A stretch of 41,730 bases of DNA from an uncultured Candidatus Marinamargulisbacteria bacterium (GTDB lineage: Bacteria > Margulisbacteria > Riflemargulisbacteria > GWF2-35-9). Positions 27,645 to 36,582 of this stretch are shown here, piece after piece (position 1 is the first letter of the stretch; each line of letters begins with the position of its first letter). Position numbers and translations under genes: made by a program. The stretch covers positions 1 through 41,730 of the forward strand of contig CAIUCY010000169.1 of NCBI GenBank assembly GCA_903897765.1, written 5' to 3'. Below the pieces are notes generated by a model. That model did not search any database. It was not told the origin of the DNA and saw only the letters and a list, made by a program, of their open reading frames with translations.

Positions 27645-27653
27645 GGGGGGGGG
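27645..27653 (+). repeat. G9 homopolymer in the divergent intergenic region between orf443 and abiEi
   Basis: Counted directly (CCCATGGGGGGGGGCTAG). It lies 111 nt from the orf443 start and 116 nt from the abiEi start. Confidence 0.9.
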
Positions 27654-27768
27654 CTAGCTTTATATACGTTCAGCGGTCGAAGTATAGTTGAGTTTTAAAG
27701 TGTATTGCAAAAGTAAATGTTTTTATTTACCATATTAGTGGAAGTTAAAACATGAGAGCAGGAACAAC

Positions 27769-28476
27769 GTGTTAATTCTTGATAATCAATATGAGGTTTT
27801 CTTTTTTGAGTATTTCAAAAAACAGGGATATTCAAAACAGCAAATGTATCAATTTGTAAAACATAACAAATTTAATAAAAAAGCCTATGGTATATATACC
27901 CTTAAAGGTCAGAATCCTGAACCATTAAGTTATATCGAAGCCTATGAAAGGCAATGCAATAAGCGTGTATATGTTGGGGCATTAAGTGCTTTGCGTTTAC
28001 ACGGTGTTTCCCAAAATATTCCATTTAATACGCGTTACCAGATTTATTATAACGAACAACGAATCAATCGGTGGTTGCTCGATCAAAAAGACTATATATG
28101 GACACGAAACAACTTGTTTAATTCGTCTGTTGGAATAACAAAAAAAAACAATCTGAGCCTATCCTCGCCGGAAAGAGCGATCCTAGAAGCGATATCCCTA
28201 TTGCCGAAACAAGGGGATTTTGAAGAGGTTTATCATACACTGCTTCTGCTGCCATCACTGCGGCCCCAACTATTAATGGACTTGATTTGCGAATGTAAGT
28301 CCATCAAAACAAAACGGTTATTTTTATATATGCTCAAACATGTAAATTTTACGTGGAAATCGAAGCTTGATTTATCAAAAGTTGATATTGGGAAAGGCAT
28401 TCGTCAACTATACCCAGAGGGTAAACTTGATCCCGATTATCACCTCTATGTGCCAGAAATTCATGATGAAGTATAG
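27769..28476 (+). CDS. abiEi: AbiEi-family antitoxin (type IV TA / abortive infection)
   Basis: N-terminal wHTH-like segment ending in KKAYGIYTL, and SPERAILEAISLLP, as in AbiEi proteins. Overlaps the abiEii start. GTG start is uncertain. Confidence 0.7.
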   Translation: MLILDNQYEVFFFEYFKKQGYSKQQMYQFVKHNKFNKKAYGIYTLKGQNPEPLSYIEAYERQCNKRVYVGALSALRLHGVSQNIPFNTRYQIYYNEQRINRWLLDQKDYIWTRNNLFNSSVGITKKNNLSLSSPERAILEAISLLPKQGDFEEVYHTLLLLPSLRPQLLMDLICECKSIKTKRLFLYMLKHVNFTWKSKLDLSKVDIGKGIRQLYPEGKLDPDYHLYVPEIHDEV

Positions 28477-29371
28477 CGAGACCTATCAACGCAAAGTATC
28501 CTTGCTCATAGACATATTGTCACTCATCGACTGGGGTTCTGGATTTGCCTTAAAAGGCGGAACGGCAATCAATCTATTCATCAAGAATTTGCCGCGATTA
28601 TCAGTAGATATTGACCTCGCTTTTTTGCCTTTTATTGATCGACAACAAGATTTGATAAAGATTGAGAGCTTGTTTCTCCAACTCGCTAAGCGACTAAAAG
28701 AGGCGGGTCTGTCAGGAATCCCTCATCTTAATAATGGAACAAAAACCATTACGAGCATGTTGGTCAATAATCGATTTGAGCAAATAAATGTCGAAGCTAA
28801 TTTTATTGCAAAAGGTGCCTTGTTGCCGCCTCAATTATTATCATTATGTGCTTCAGCTGAAAGCGAATTTGAAAAACAATCAGAGGTATTGTGTCTCAAT
28901 AAACAAGAAGTCTATGCTGGAAAAATGAATGCGTTTCTTTCTCGGCAGCATCCACGTGATATATTTGACATGATGGAGTATATCAAAGAACAATCTATTG
29001 CGGACATAATGGATGTCGTTATGATTTATATCCTACAGAACAACCGGCCTTTTCATGAATTAATAAATCCTAACGAAATCGATATTTCTGACGCTTATCA
29101 GCACTCCTTTGCAGGTATGACGCGTGAGACTGTTTCCCTAAATAATTTGCTTGAAGCGCGAACAATGATCCTATCACAGTTCAAAAACAATGTTTCTGCA
29201 AAGCATATCGAATTCTTTATCTCCTGTTTGCGCGGTAACCCCCAATGGAATGCATTCAATTTTGAAATTAAAACGCTGCCTGGGGTTGTATGGAGAATGC
29301 TCAATATTGAGAAAATGCCAAGGCATAAAAATGAAGAAGAAATTGAGCTACTGCTTAAACTCGTGCCCTGA
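28463..29371 (+). CDS. abiEii: Nucleotidyltransferase AbiEii/AbiGii-family toxin
   Basis: ALKGGTAINLF...LPRLSVDIDLAF is the AbiEii NTase signature. I prefer the ATG at 28463 (14-nt overlap with abiEi) over the ORF-track start at 28367. Confidence 0.8.
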   Translation: MMKYSETYQRKVSLLIDILSLIDWGSGFALKGGTAINLFIKNLPRLSVDIDLAFLPFIDRQQDLIKIESLFLQLAKRLKEAGLSGIPHLNNGTKTITSMLVNNRFEQINVEANFIAKGALLPPQLLSLCASAESEFEKQSEVLCLNKQEVYAGKMNAFLSRQHPRDIFDMMEYIKEQSIADIMDVVMIYILQNNRPFHELINPNEIDISDAYQHSFAGMTRETVSLNNLLEARTMILSQFKNNVSAKHIEFFISCLRGNPQWNAFNFEIKTLPGVVWRMLNIEKMPRHKNEEEIELLLKLVP

Positions 29372-29398
29372 TTTTGTGGCCGGTTCGTGGATCGACTA

Positions 29399-29492
29399 TT
29401 TCGGCATGGTTCTCATGGGGCATGAGCAGGGGTTTCGTGCATCGACGCTATTGTCGTGAATTCCACTCAGATATATAGTTATATCTACTATG
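29399..29492 (+). repeat. att-like repeat, copy D (full length, non-coding pseudo-copy of the methyltransferase 3' end, ending at the recN ATG)
   Basis: See copy A. Palindrome at 29412-29426. The recN ATG occupies the position that the hicB ATG occupies after copy A. Confidence 0.85.
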
Positions 29493-31079
29493 CTGCATCG
29501 CCTTGATATTGGGAATTATCTCCTCATCGAAAAGACCACGATCCAATTCCAAGAGGGGTTCCATGTTTTGATCGGTGAATCGGGGGCAGGGAAAAGCCTG
29601 ATCGTTAACATCTTGTGTCTTCCGTTTGCCAAAAGTGTGGGGCCTGAGGTGATCGGCCGATGGGGTGCCGAGGCCGCTATTCATGTTGAGTTCGATGATG
29701 ATCAAGGCGCTCACTATCTCGATATTCGGATCACCAAGTCAAGGACTAACTTTGTCCTCGATGACGAGGCCATTTTGCCCAAAGTCTTGAGAGACTATTG
29801 GAAAACGATTTTCGATGTACATTCTCAAAACGATTTTGACCTGCTTCGTGGAGACCAGTTGAGGGTTCTCGATCGCTTTATGACCAACGATGAAGCCATG
29901 GTCAAAGTCGCTTACGATGAGGCATTCGAGTCGTTTCGAAGTTTAGATGAGAAGATATCAGACCTAAAAAAGAAGATACTTAACACCATGGAACGTGAGT
30001 ATTATGGTTTCCAACTAAAAGAGCTTATGGGCGCCGCTTTAGTCTTGGGGGAGGATGATGACTGTTTGGCTAGGCTTCGTTTAGGTCGCGATCATGAGAA
30101 GTTCCAAACCAAAATAGATGCTGTGAAAGTAAAGATGGACGATCTTTCAGATGCGATCACCGCGGCTGAGATGGCATGGGATAGCCTTAAAAGGATGGAC
30201 GAAGATCTAGGTGGCGCGGACTATTTTAAGATGATGATCCAAGCCTCATCTGACGCAACATGGGATTTAGCCAAGCGTTATGATTCGGTCGAGATCCCCG
30301 ATGCGCGTGAGCTTGCGATCATCGAAGCTCGATTAGAGTTCCTAGACGACCTCAAGCGAAAATATAAACGTTTGTTGCCGGAGTTGATACAGTATCGAGA
30401 TGAGCTTTCTCTTCAACTTAATCGGCAAGAAGAATATGAATTCGATCTCCATACTCTCGTTGTCGAGAAAACCCAAAAAGAAGCGAACCTACTTTCGATC
30501 GCAATAAAACTGACAGATGTGCGCCAGTCTGTTGCCAAACGTTTAGTGAGTCAACTTCAACAATATATGGCAGGGTTAAAATTGCCTAAGGCGGAGTTTG
30601 TCCCTTCGTTTCAAACAAAAGACAGACCCGATGCGTCTGGGCTTGATCGTTTTGAGTTTTTGGTTCGAGTAAATGTTGGAAGTGCTTTCCATGCCATTAC
30701 ACGTTTGTCGGGGGGTGAAACCTCGCGTATTATGCTTGCGATCAAAGCGGCCTTGATGGATGCCTCGGCGATACGGACCTATTGTTTTGATGAAATTGAT
30801 GTTGGGGTGAGTGGTGATGTGGCAACACGTATGGCCGAATTGATGGCTAAAATATCCAAAAAGAGACAGGTCATCGCGGTGACACATCTTCCTATGGTAG
30901 CGGCTTTAGCCGATCATCTCTACAGTGTCGAAAAGTCCTTTACGGACTCACAGACCTCCTCTTCTGTTCGTATGATCCGCTTGGCTTCAGACCGAGAAAA
31001 TGTTTTGGGACGACTGTTGTCTGATCAGCCCAATGAGGCGACTACAGAGTTTGTTCGATCCCTAAAAGATCACGCCTGA
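29490..31079 (+). CDS. recN: DNA repair protein RecN
   Basis: MLHRLDIGNYLLIEK..., Walker A GESGAGKS, long coiled coil, signature LSGGETSRIMLA, Walker B YCFDEIDVG. Confidence 0.9.
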   Translation: MLHRLDIGNYLLIEKTTIQFQEGFHVLIGESGAGKSLIVNILCLPFAKSVGPEVIGRWGAEAAIHVEFDDDQGAHYLDIRITKSRTNFVLDDEAILPKVLRDYWKTIFDVHSQNDFDLLRGDQLRVLDRFMTNDEAMVKVAYDEAFESFRSLDEKISDLKKKILNTMEREYYGFQLKELMGAALVLGEDDDCLARLRLGRDHEKFQTKIDAVKVKMDDLSDAITAAEMAWDSLKRMDEDLGGADYFKMMIQASSDATWDLAKRYDSVEIPDARELAIIEARLEFLDDLKRKYKRLLPELIQYRDELSLQLNRQEEYEFDLHTLVVEKTQKEANLLSIAIKLTDVRQSVAKRLVSQLQQYMAGLKLPKAEFVPSFQTKDRPDASGLDRFEFLVRVNVGSAFHAITRLSGGETSRIMLAIKAALMDASAIRTYCFDEIDVGVSGDVATRMAELMAKISKKRQVIAVTHLPMVAALADHLYSVEKSFTDSQTSSSVRMIRLASDRENVLGRLLSDQPNEATTEFVRSLKDHA

Positions 31080-31094
31080 TTATTTCAAATTTCA

Positions 31095-31124
31095 TTGACA
31101 TCATCGTTGCCGAATCCCTACAAT
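31095..31124 (+). promoter_or_regulatory. Putative sigma-70-type promoter of the che operon
   Basis: TTGACA (31095-31100), 18-nt spacer, TACAAT (31119-31124), about 30 nt upstream of the cheW ATG. Confidence 0.55.
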
Positions 31125-31156
31125 GAGGGGGTAAAAGGGGAGGAGGGCGTATCGAT

Positions 31157-31660
31157 ATGTCAAACACTTTGGATAAATTACCGGTGGTTCAGAACAATCA
31201 AAATCTAGTCGTATCCGACGAGGAAGTTTTCCAGTTAGTTACTTTTTTTCTGGGTGGCGAAGTTTATGGTATTGATATTTTGGCCGTTCAAGAAATTATT
31301 CGTATGCAAAATATCACGGATGTTCCCCGAACAGCCGATTATGTAGAAGGGGTTATTAACCTTCGAGGTAAAGTGATCCCTATTATTGATCTCCGGAAGC
31401 GTTTTAATCTGGTTGCTTCTGAGGAAACAAAAGACTCCCGCATCATTGTCGTTGAGATCCATCATAAAATTATTGGTATGATCGTGGATGGCGTGTCCAA
31501 AGTGATCCGTCTAAATGCTGATTTAGTTGAACCCCCATCTTTAATTGTCGGCGGGGCCGATTACAATTACATCAAAGGAGTGGGCCGAATAAATGATCAG
31601 CTTGTGATTCTCTTAGATATTGAAAAGATAAACGACGTCCCAGCGATGGTCGTGGTTTAG
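31157..31660 (+). CDS. cheW: Chemotaxis coupling protein CheW
   Basis: FFLGGEVYGIDILAVQEI...GVINLRGKVIPIIDLRKRF is the CheW domain signature. Confidence 0.9.
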   Translation: MSNTLDKLPVVQNNQNLVVSDEEVFQLVTFFLGGEVYGIDILAVQEIIRMQNITDVPRTADYVEGVINLRGKVIPIIDLRKRFNLVASEETKDSRIIVVEIHHKIIGMIVDGVSKVIRLNADLVEPPSLIVGGADYNYIKGVGRINDQLVILLDIEKINDVPAMVVV

Positions 31661-31680
31661 TCGGGTAGGATAACCTTTTC

Positions 31681-33825
31681 GTGGCTATTGAAATAGATCT
31701 TCAAGATTTTATCGATGAGGCAGAGGATCAAATTAGGGTTCTCAATGATGGATTGCTTGCACTTGAAAAAGATGAAAACAATGAAGAGATCATCAATGAG
31801 GTATTCCGTGCGGCTCACACCCTCAAGGGCGGGTCAGGGCTGGTTGGCTTTTCAAAACTAACAGAACTAACCCATCATCTCGAAAGTATTTTCGACCTTA
31901 TTCGAGACAAAAAACTTGCACTGACATCGATGCATCTGGACGTGATGTTCGAAGTCCTCGATGTGATCATGGAACTAATGGGTGAAATCGATAGTGATCA
32001 ATTTACAACCGATATCGAACCTGTTTCCAAAAAGCTAAAAGCGATTTTGGATGCTCAAAAAAATGCAGGATCACCCCCCATCGTGTCCGTTAAAAAGTCT
32101 GAGCCAGCTAAGATCGAGACAAAACCTTTTGACCTTTCGGATGGGGCCGCCGAGTTCATCGGTCGTGATTTGACGGCTGAAGAGGCTGGAAATCTCAGTA
32201 AGATGCTGTCGGAGCGAGATCCGATATATGAGATATTTATTCGTATTAGCCAAGATTGTGATGTCGTTTCGCTGTTTATGTTTATGATCTTTAATAAAAT
32301 CAATGAGCTCGGGGAACTCGTGCTGTCAAATCCACCCGAAGAAGAACTTCAAAATAATGATGATTTTAAAGAAGTTCGAATTTTATTTTCGTCCATTGTT
32401 TTGATCGACGATATTCGCAAAGAACTTCAAATGCCCGAGGTTGAGATATTGTTGATCGAACCCTTTCAACCTGAGACGCCAGAAACCCTTTTGGAAAAAT
32501 TATTTAAGGAAGATCCTGTCGAGGCTATATTGTCGGATTTTGTCATAAAAGAAGAACCTAAAGATATTGAAGATCCAGCCCCAACAAAGTCGGCTCTTGT
32601 CGTCAAAGAAGATTCATCCGGCAGCAAAAGTGGCTCAACAACCCTTCGCGTGGATAGTGTTAAGATCGATGTCTTGCTTGAACTAGCGGGAGAGTTGGTT
32701 ATTAATAAAACGCGTTTTGTTCAAGTTCAACAAGATCTTGAAAAGATCTTAGGAAAAAATGTGAAAACAAGTGATCTCAAAGAAACCGTCACGCAATTGA
32801 TGCGTATCTCGAACGAACTCCAAGAAAGTATAATGCAATTAAGGATGGTCGCTGTTGATCAAGTGTTCAGCCGCTTCCCCCGTGTTGTTAGAGATATCGC
32901 CAATAAACTCGACAAAGGGATCGATTTAATTGTCGAAGGAAAAGATACCGAATTGGACAAAAGTGTTGTTGAAGAAATCGGGGATCCCTTAATGCATCTG
33001 GTTCGAAACTCGGTTGACCATGGGATCGAGTCAAAGGCAGAACGAAAGCGAAAAGGGAAATCCGAAACAGGAACGGTTTATCTTCGGGCCTTTCATCAAG
33101 GGTCAAGTATTGTTCTTGAAGTCCAAGATGATGGCAAAGGGCTCGATATCCCTGTCATCAAATCCAAGGCGGTTCAGAAAAATATTATTACTGAAGCCGA
33201 GGCCGCCTCTATGTCAGATAAAGAAGCAGCTAACCTTGTTTTTGCGCCGGGATTTTCAACGGCTGAATCTGTTTCAGATCTATCGGGTCGAGGTGTCGGG
33301 ATGGATGTGGTTAAGAAAAATGTTGAACGACTCAATGGGGTAGTAGAGATCGTTTCTGAGAAAGATGTTGGGAGTACGTTTACGATCAAACTACCGCTGA
33401 CCCTCGCGATAATCAGTGCCATGCTTGTTCGAACATCTCGAAATATTTATGCGATACCGCTTGTCAATGTTATCGAGGTCGTCGAGGTCTCCAAAAAAGA
33501 CATTGTCCATATTGCTAAAAAAGAAGCGATCAGTATTCGGAATGAAACGATCAATATACTTCGGCTAGATGAAGTTCTTCAAATTGGAAATACGAATCGC
33601 GAACTAGAAACCTTTCAAGTCGTTATTGTTATGGCCGTTGGAGAGCGTATTGGGTTTGGGGTTGATAGTCTTATCGGAGAGCAAGATCTCGTGATCAAAT
33701 CGCTCGATAGTCATTTAGTGGAGTGCCCTGGAATCGCGGGGGCATCTATATTAGGTGATGCAAGCCTTGCACTTATTGTTGATGTATCGACATTAGTAGA
33801 AAAGGTGATAGCAGGTATCTATTAA
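31681..33825 (+). CDS. cheA: Chemotaxis histidine kinase CheA
   Basis: Hpt (FRAAHTLKGGSG), dimerisation domain, HATPase (HLVRNSVDHGIE, DDGKGLD, GRGVGMDVV) and a C-terminal CheW-like domain. GTG start. Confidence 0.9.
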   Translation: MAIEIDLQDFIDEAEDQIRVLNDGLLALEKDENNEEIINEVFRAAHTLKGGSGLVGFSKLTELTHHLESIFDLIRDKKLALTSMHLDVMFEVLDVIMELMGEIDSDQFTTDIEPVSKKLKAILDAQKNAGSPPIVSVKKSEPAKIETKPFDLSDGAAEFIGRDLTAEEAGNLSKMLSERDPIYEIFIRISQDCDVVSLFMFMIFNKINELGELVLSNPPEEELQNNDDFKEVRILFSSIVLIDDIRKELQMPEVEILLIEPFQPETPETLLEKLFKEDPVEAILSDFVIKEEPKDIEDPAPTKSALVVKEDSSGSKSGSTTLRVDSVKIDVLLELAGELVINKTRFVQVQQDLEKILGKNVKTSDLKETVTQLMRISNELQESIMQLRMVAVDQVFSRFPRVVRDIANKLDKGIDLIVEGKDTELDKSVVEEIGDPLMHLVRNSVDHGIESKAERKRKGKSETGTVYLRAFHQGSSIVLEVQDDGKGLDIPVIKSKAVQKNIITEAEAASMSDKEAANLVFAPGFSTAESVSDLSGRGVGMDVVKKNVERLNGVVEIVSEKDVGSTFTIKLPLTLAIISAMLVRTSRNIYAIPLVNVIEVVEVSKKDIVHIAKKEAISIRNETINILRLDEVLQIGNTNRELETFQVVIVMAVGERIGFGVDSLIGEQDLVIKSLDSHLVECPGIAGASILGDASLALIVDVSTLVEKVIAGIY

Positions 33826-34958
33826 TGAGAGGTATTCGAGTTCTATGTATTGATGATTCGATGTTTATTCGATCCTTATTATCTAAACTCTTTGTTTCTG
33901 ACCTCGATATTGAAGAAGTAAAAACAGCGAATGATGGGGCATCAGCATTTTTATTGCTGGCTAACTGGCATCCCGATATTATTACGCTTGATGTTGAAAT
34001 GCCTCGAATGAATGGCCTAGAGGTGCTTAAGATCATCAAAGAACGATGGGATATCCCCGTCGTTATGTTGAGCTCACTGACGAGGACGGGTGCCGACATT
34101 ACAATCAAAGCCCTTGAAGTGGGTGCTGTCGATTGGGTCCAGAAACCCGAAAACGTGTTTGAAGAGGCTGCGTTTGAGACGATGACTCAAGAGCTTGTAA
34201 ATAAGATAAAAACGATCGCGCAAATGATAAAGACGCGCAAATCACCTGAATCCACTCAATCCACTCAATCAAAGAAGCCGTTACTAAAAGAGACAGGCCC
34301 TGATCGCGATTATATTACGAATGAACATTTTAAACGTCTCGTTATGGAATCAAAGTGGGAGCCAAAGGGAACCACAAAGCTGGGGTATTATTTAATTGCT
34401 ATCGGGATATCAACGGGTGGACCGAGTGCGCTAAATCAAGTCATCCCTCACCTACAGAAGGATATGAATGCGGCGATGATCATTGTTCAGCATATGCCGG
34501 CTACCTTTACAAAAGTATTTGCCGAACGACTGAATTCTTTTTCTCTGGTAACGGTTAAAGAGGCGCAAGACGGGGACACGATCACCAAGGGGGTTGTTTA
34601 TATCGTTCCGGGGGATAAGCATATTCGCCTAGTCGAAACGGGCTCGACAACCTTAAAAATAAAGCTTGATCATTACCCGAAGATCGGCGGATTTCGCCCA
34701 AGCGCAGAATCCTTGTTTTATTTTACCGCCGAAACCTGTAAAGAGAAGTCGGTAGGGATCATTATGACGGGTATGGGGTCTGATGGATCGGACAATATTT
34801 CCATGATCAAAAAATACTCTGGGAAAACGATCGCTCAAGATGAGGCATCTTGTGTTATTTTTGGTATGCCCCATGTTGCAATACAAAAAGGGAATGTTGA
34901 TTTCGTGGTCCCGCTTAACAAAATCGTTGATAAAATCAATGAATTTATTATAAGATAG
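33825..34958 (+). CDS. cheB: Chemotaxis response regulator protein-glutamate methylesterase CheB
   Basis: REC domain (VLCIDDS...ITLDVEMPRMNG), long linker, methylesterase domain (IAIGISTGGP, IVQHMP, GMGSDG). 1-nt TAATG overlap with cheA. Confidence 0.9.
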   Translation: MRGIRVLCIDDSMFIRSLLSKLFVSDLDIEEVKTANDGASAFLLLANWHPDIITLDVEMPRMNGLEVLKIIKERWDIPVVMLSSLTRTGADITIKALEVGAVDWVQKPENVFEEAAFETMTQELVNKIKTIAQMIKTRKSPESTQSTQSKKPLLKETGPDRDYITNEHFKRLVMESKWEPKGTTKLGYYLIAIGISTGGPSALNQVIPHLQKDMNAAMIIVQHMPATFTKVFAERLNSFSLVTVKEAQDGDTITKGVVYIVPGDKHIRLVETGSTTLKIKLDHYPKIGGFRPSAESLFYFTAETCKEKSVGIIMTGMGSDGSDNISMIKKYSGKTIAQDEASCVIFGMPHVAIQKGNVDFVVPLNKIVDKINEFIIR

Positions 34959-34984
34959 AACAAGCGACGAAAGAGAGGGGCTTT

Positions 34985-35413
34985 GTGATCATCAATACTA
35001 ATGCTGAGAAGATGTTGATTGGGACCAAACCAGACGGTTCCCCAGTTAAAGTATTTATTGTTGATGACTCCGCCTTTATGGTGAAGACGATTCAACGTAT
35101 GCTCGAGGGATTCGGGTGCGAGGTTATGGGTTCTGCCAGTAACGGAGAAGAAGCGATTCAACTCGTGGGGGCAGTCGCGACACAAGTGGACTTAATAACG
35201 CTTGATATTTCTATGCCTAAAAAAGATGGTCTTACGGCTTTGCCTGAATTGATCAAACTTAATCCTAGGCTTAAAGTCATCATGGTTAGTGCTTTGGGTG
35301 ACAAGGAAAAGGTTAAGCAAGCCATTGTTTCGGGTGCTAAGCATTTTATCGTTAAACCCTTTAAACAAGAAAAGGTGTTTGATATTGTTCGTTGGGTTAT
35401 GCAAAATAACTGA
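34985..35413 (+). CDS. cheY: Chemotaxis response regulator CheY
   Basis: Single REC domain (VFIVDDSAFM, ITLDISMPKKDG, VIMVSALG, FIVKPF). The start (GTG, or a downstream Met) is uncertain. Confidence 0.85.
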   Translation: MIINTNAEKMLIGTKPDGSPVKVFIVDDSAFMVKTIQRMLEGFGCEVMGSASNGEEAIQLVGAVATQVDLITLDISMPKKDGLTALPELIKLNPRLKVIMVSALGDKEKVKQAIVSGAKHFIVKPFKQEKVFDIVRWVMQNN

Positions 35414-35431
35414 TCGGAGGATTAGTAGATT

Positions 35432-35902
35432 ATGGATGTTGAGTATATAAATCCGTTTTTAGTGTCGATAAGTAACGTTCTGCGTGAGATTATTCCTGAA
35501 ATTCAAATACAAAGAGGTCAGATCGTTAAACGAAACGCACCTATGGTATCCCTTGGATGCGCCTCTCTTATTAGTATTATGGGTACGGTGGAAGGTCGGG
35601 TTGTTTTTGATATGTCGAAAGAAACCGCGATTAAGATCGCTAGTGCAATGAATGGTGAAGTGTTTTCAAGTTTTGATTTTATGGTTAGCTCAACGATCAA
35701 TGAATTGTCCAATATGATCTGTGGGGGAGCGATTACGATACTTAATAATATGGGAAAGGTCATGGACATCTCTGCTCCAACGATTTTTACGGGCAAAGAC
35801 CTTGAACTCTACGACTCAAGTTTACTAAAAGAGGCGGTTATTGTTCCGGTTAATACAAGTCTTGGAGATATATTCATTAACGTTTCCATTCGTGAAAACT
35901 AA
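35432..35902 (+). CDS. cheX: CheX/CheC-family CheY-P phosphatase
   Basis: About 155 aa, N-terminus VEYINPFLVSISNVL, internal INELSNMICG. Located directly after cheY. Confidence 0.75.
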   Translation: MDVEYINPFLVSISNVLREIIPEIQIQRGQIVKRNAPMVSLGCASLISIMGTVEGRVVFDMSKETAIKIASAMNGEVFSSFDFMVSSTINELSNMICGGAITILNNMGKVMDISAPTIFTGKDLELYDSSLLKEAVIVPVNTSLGDIFINVSIREN

Positions 35903-35907
35903 ATGCT

Positions 35908-36582
35908 ATGACTGGATTTCGGCATTGGTGTATGTGGGGAGCAGTCCTTGTTACACTTAGTGTCGGAGCCGTTAACCTTGAAGAGAATCACTTTTTCACT
36001 AAACCGAACAAGATATTTTATGTCTATGTTGTTAATCGTGAGTTGATCCAAAATGAGGGTGTGTATCATCAAGAACCTACCAATATAAATCTCGCGCTTG
36101 AGCTTTATCGTCAATTTGAGAGACGTCTTCAGAAAAAAGGATGCTCAGTAAAACCAATATTAGTTGAGACTTCGAACATTACTTTCAATGAAGCGGATAT
36201 TATCCTCGTTATTCGATCAACCTTTATTTCCTCCTTAAGAGGATATTACCCGTTGCAAAAGAACGGGAATTTTAAAGATGTTGAACTTGATCTCGAATTA
36301 TTTATTCCAAAGGTCTTTGGCACAAAGCCAGTCGCTGATTATTATATTCGTCAAACGTTGCCTCGTACGTTAATGACTGAAAAATCGGTGACAAAAGAGT
36401 TCGCCGGCAGATTAAGCCGACTTTATATTTGGCAGAGTAATGAGCGTTTATTGAACTATTTAAATGGGGACATAGATGAAAGATCGTTTATTCTTGGGCG
36501 TTTAATCCTACATCCGGATGATGAAGTTGCCAGAAAACTCCTTGAATTGTCAGCTCCTTCTCTCCCCCACAATCGTCACTAA
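35908..36582 (+). CDS. Hypothetical exported protein (224 aa)
   Basis: Hydrophobic N-terminus (WGAVLVTLSVGAV). No recognisable domain. Confidence 0.55.
   Translation: MTGFRHWCMWGAVLVTLSVGAVNLEENHFFTKPNKIFYVYVVNRELIQNEGVYHQEPTNINLALELYRQFERRLQKKGCSVKPILVETSNITFNEADIILVIRSTFISSLRGYYPLQKNGNFKDVELDLELFIPKVFGTKPVADYYIRQTLPRTLMTEKSVTKEFAGRLSRLYIWQSNERLLNYLNGDIDERSFILGRLILHPDDEVARKLLELSAPSLPHNRH

Noticed and set aside
27606-27700. Possible fifth, degenerate copy of the att-like repeat between orf443 and abiEi (CATGGaTTCT ... CATGGGG ... TCAG..TATAGTT)
   Set aside because: Only short word matches are present, interrupted by an insertion of about 26 nt. That is too weak to call by eye. It would be worth a formal alignment, because it would make every cassette unidirectional.
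25232-29492. Canonical integron or CALIN (attC cassette array)
   Set aside because: I could not find RYYYAAC/GTTRRRY core sites at the repeat ends. No intI gene is present. The third cassette has genes on both strands. Copy A is part of a housekeeping coding sequence. I keep it only as an analogy.
25232-29492. CRISPR array
   Set aside because: There are only four copies, they are degenerate and of unequal length, their spacing ranges from about 190 to about 3200 nt, and the intervening DNA encodes recognisable proteins.
34251-34268. Tandem 9-nt repeat TCCACTCAA x2 in the cheB linker (STQSTQ)
   Set aside because: There are only two units, they are in frame and they lie in a flexible linker. 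This looks like a trivial duplication.
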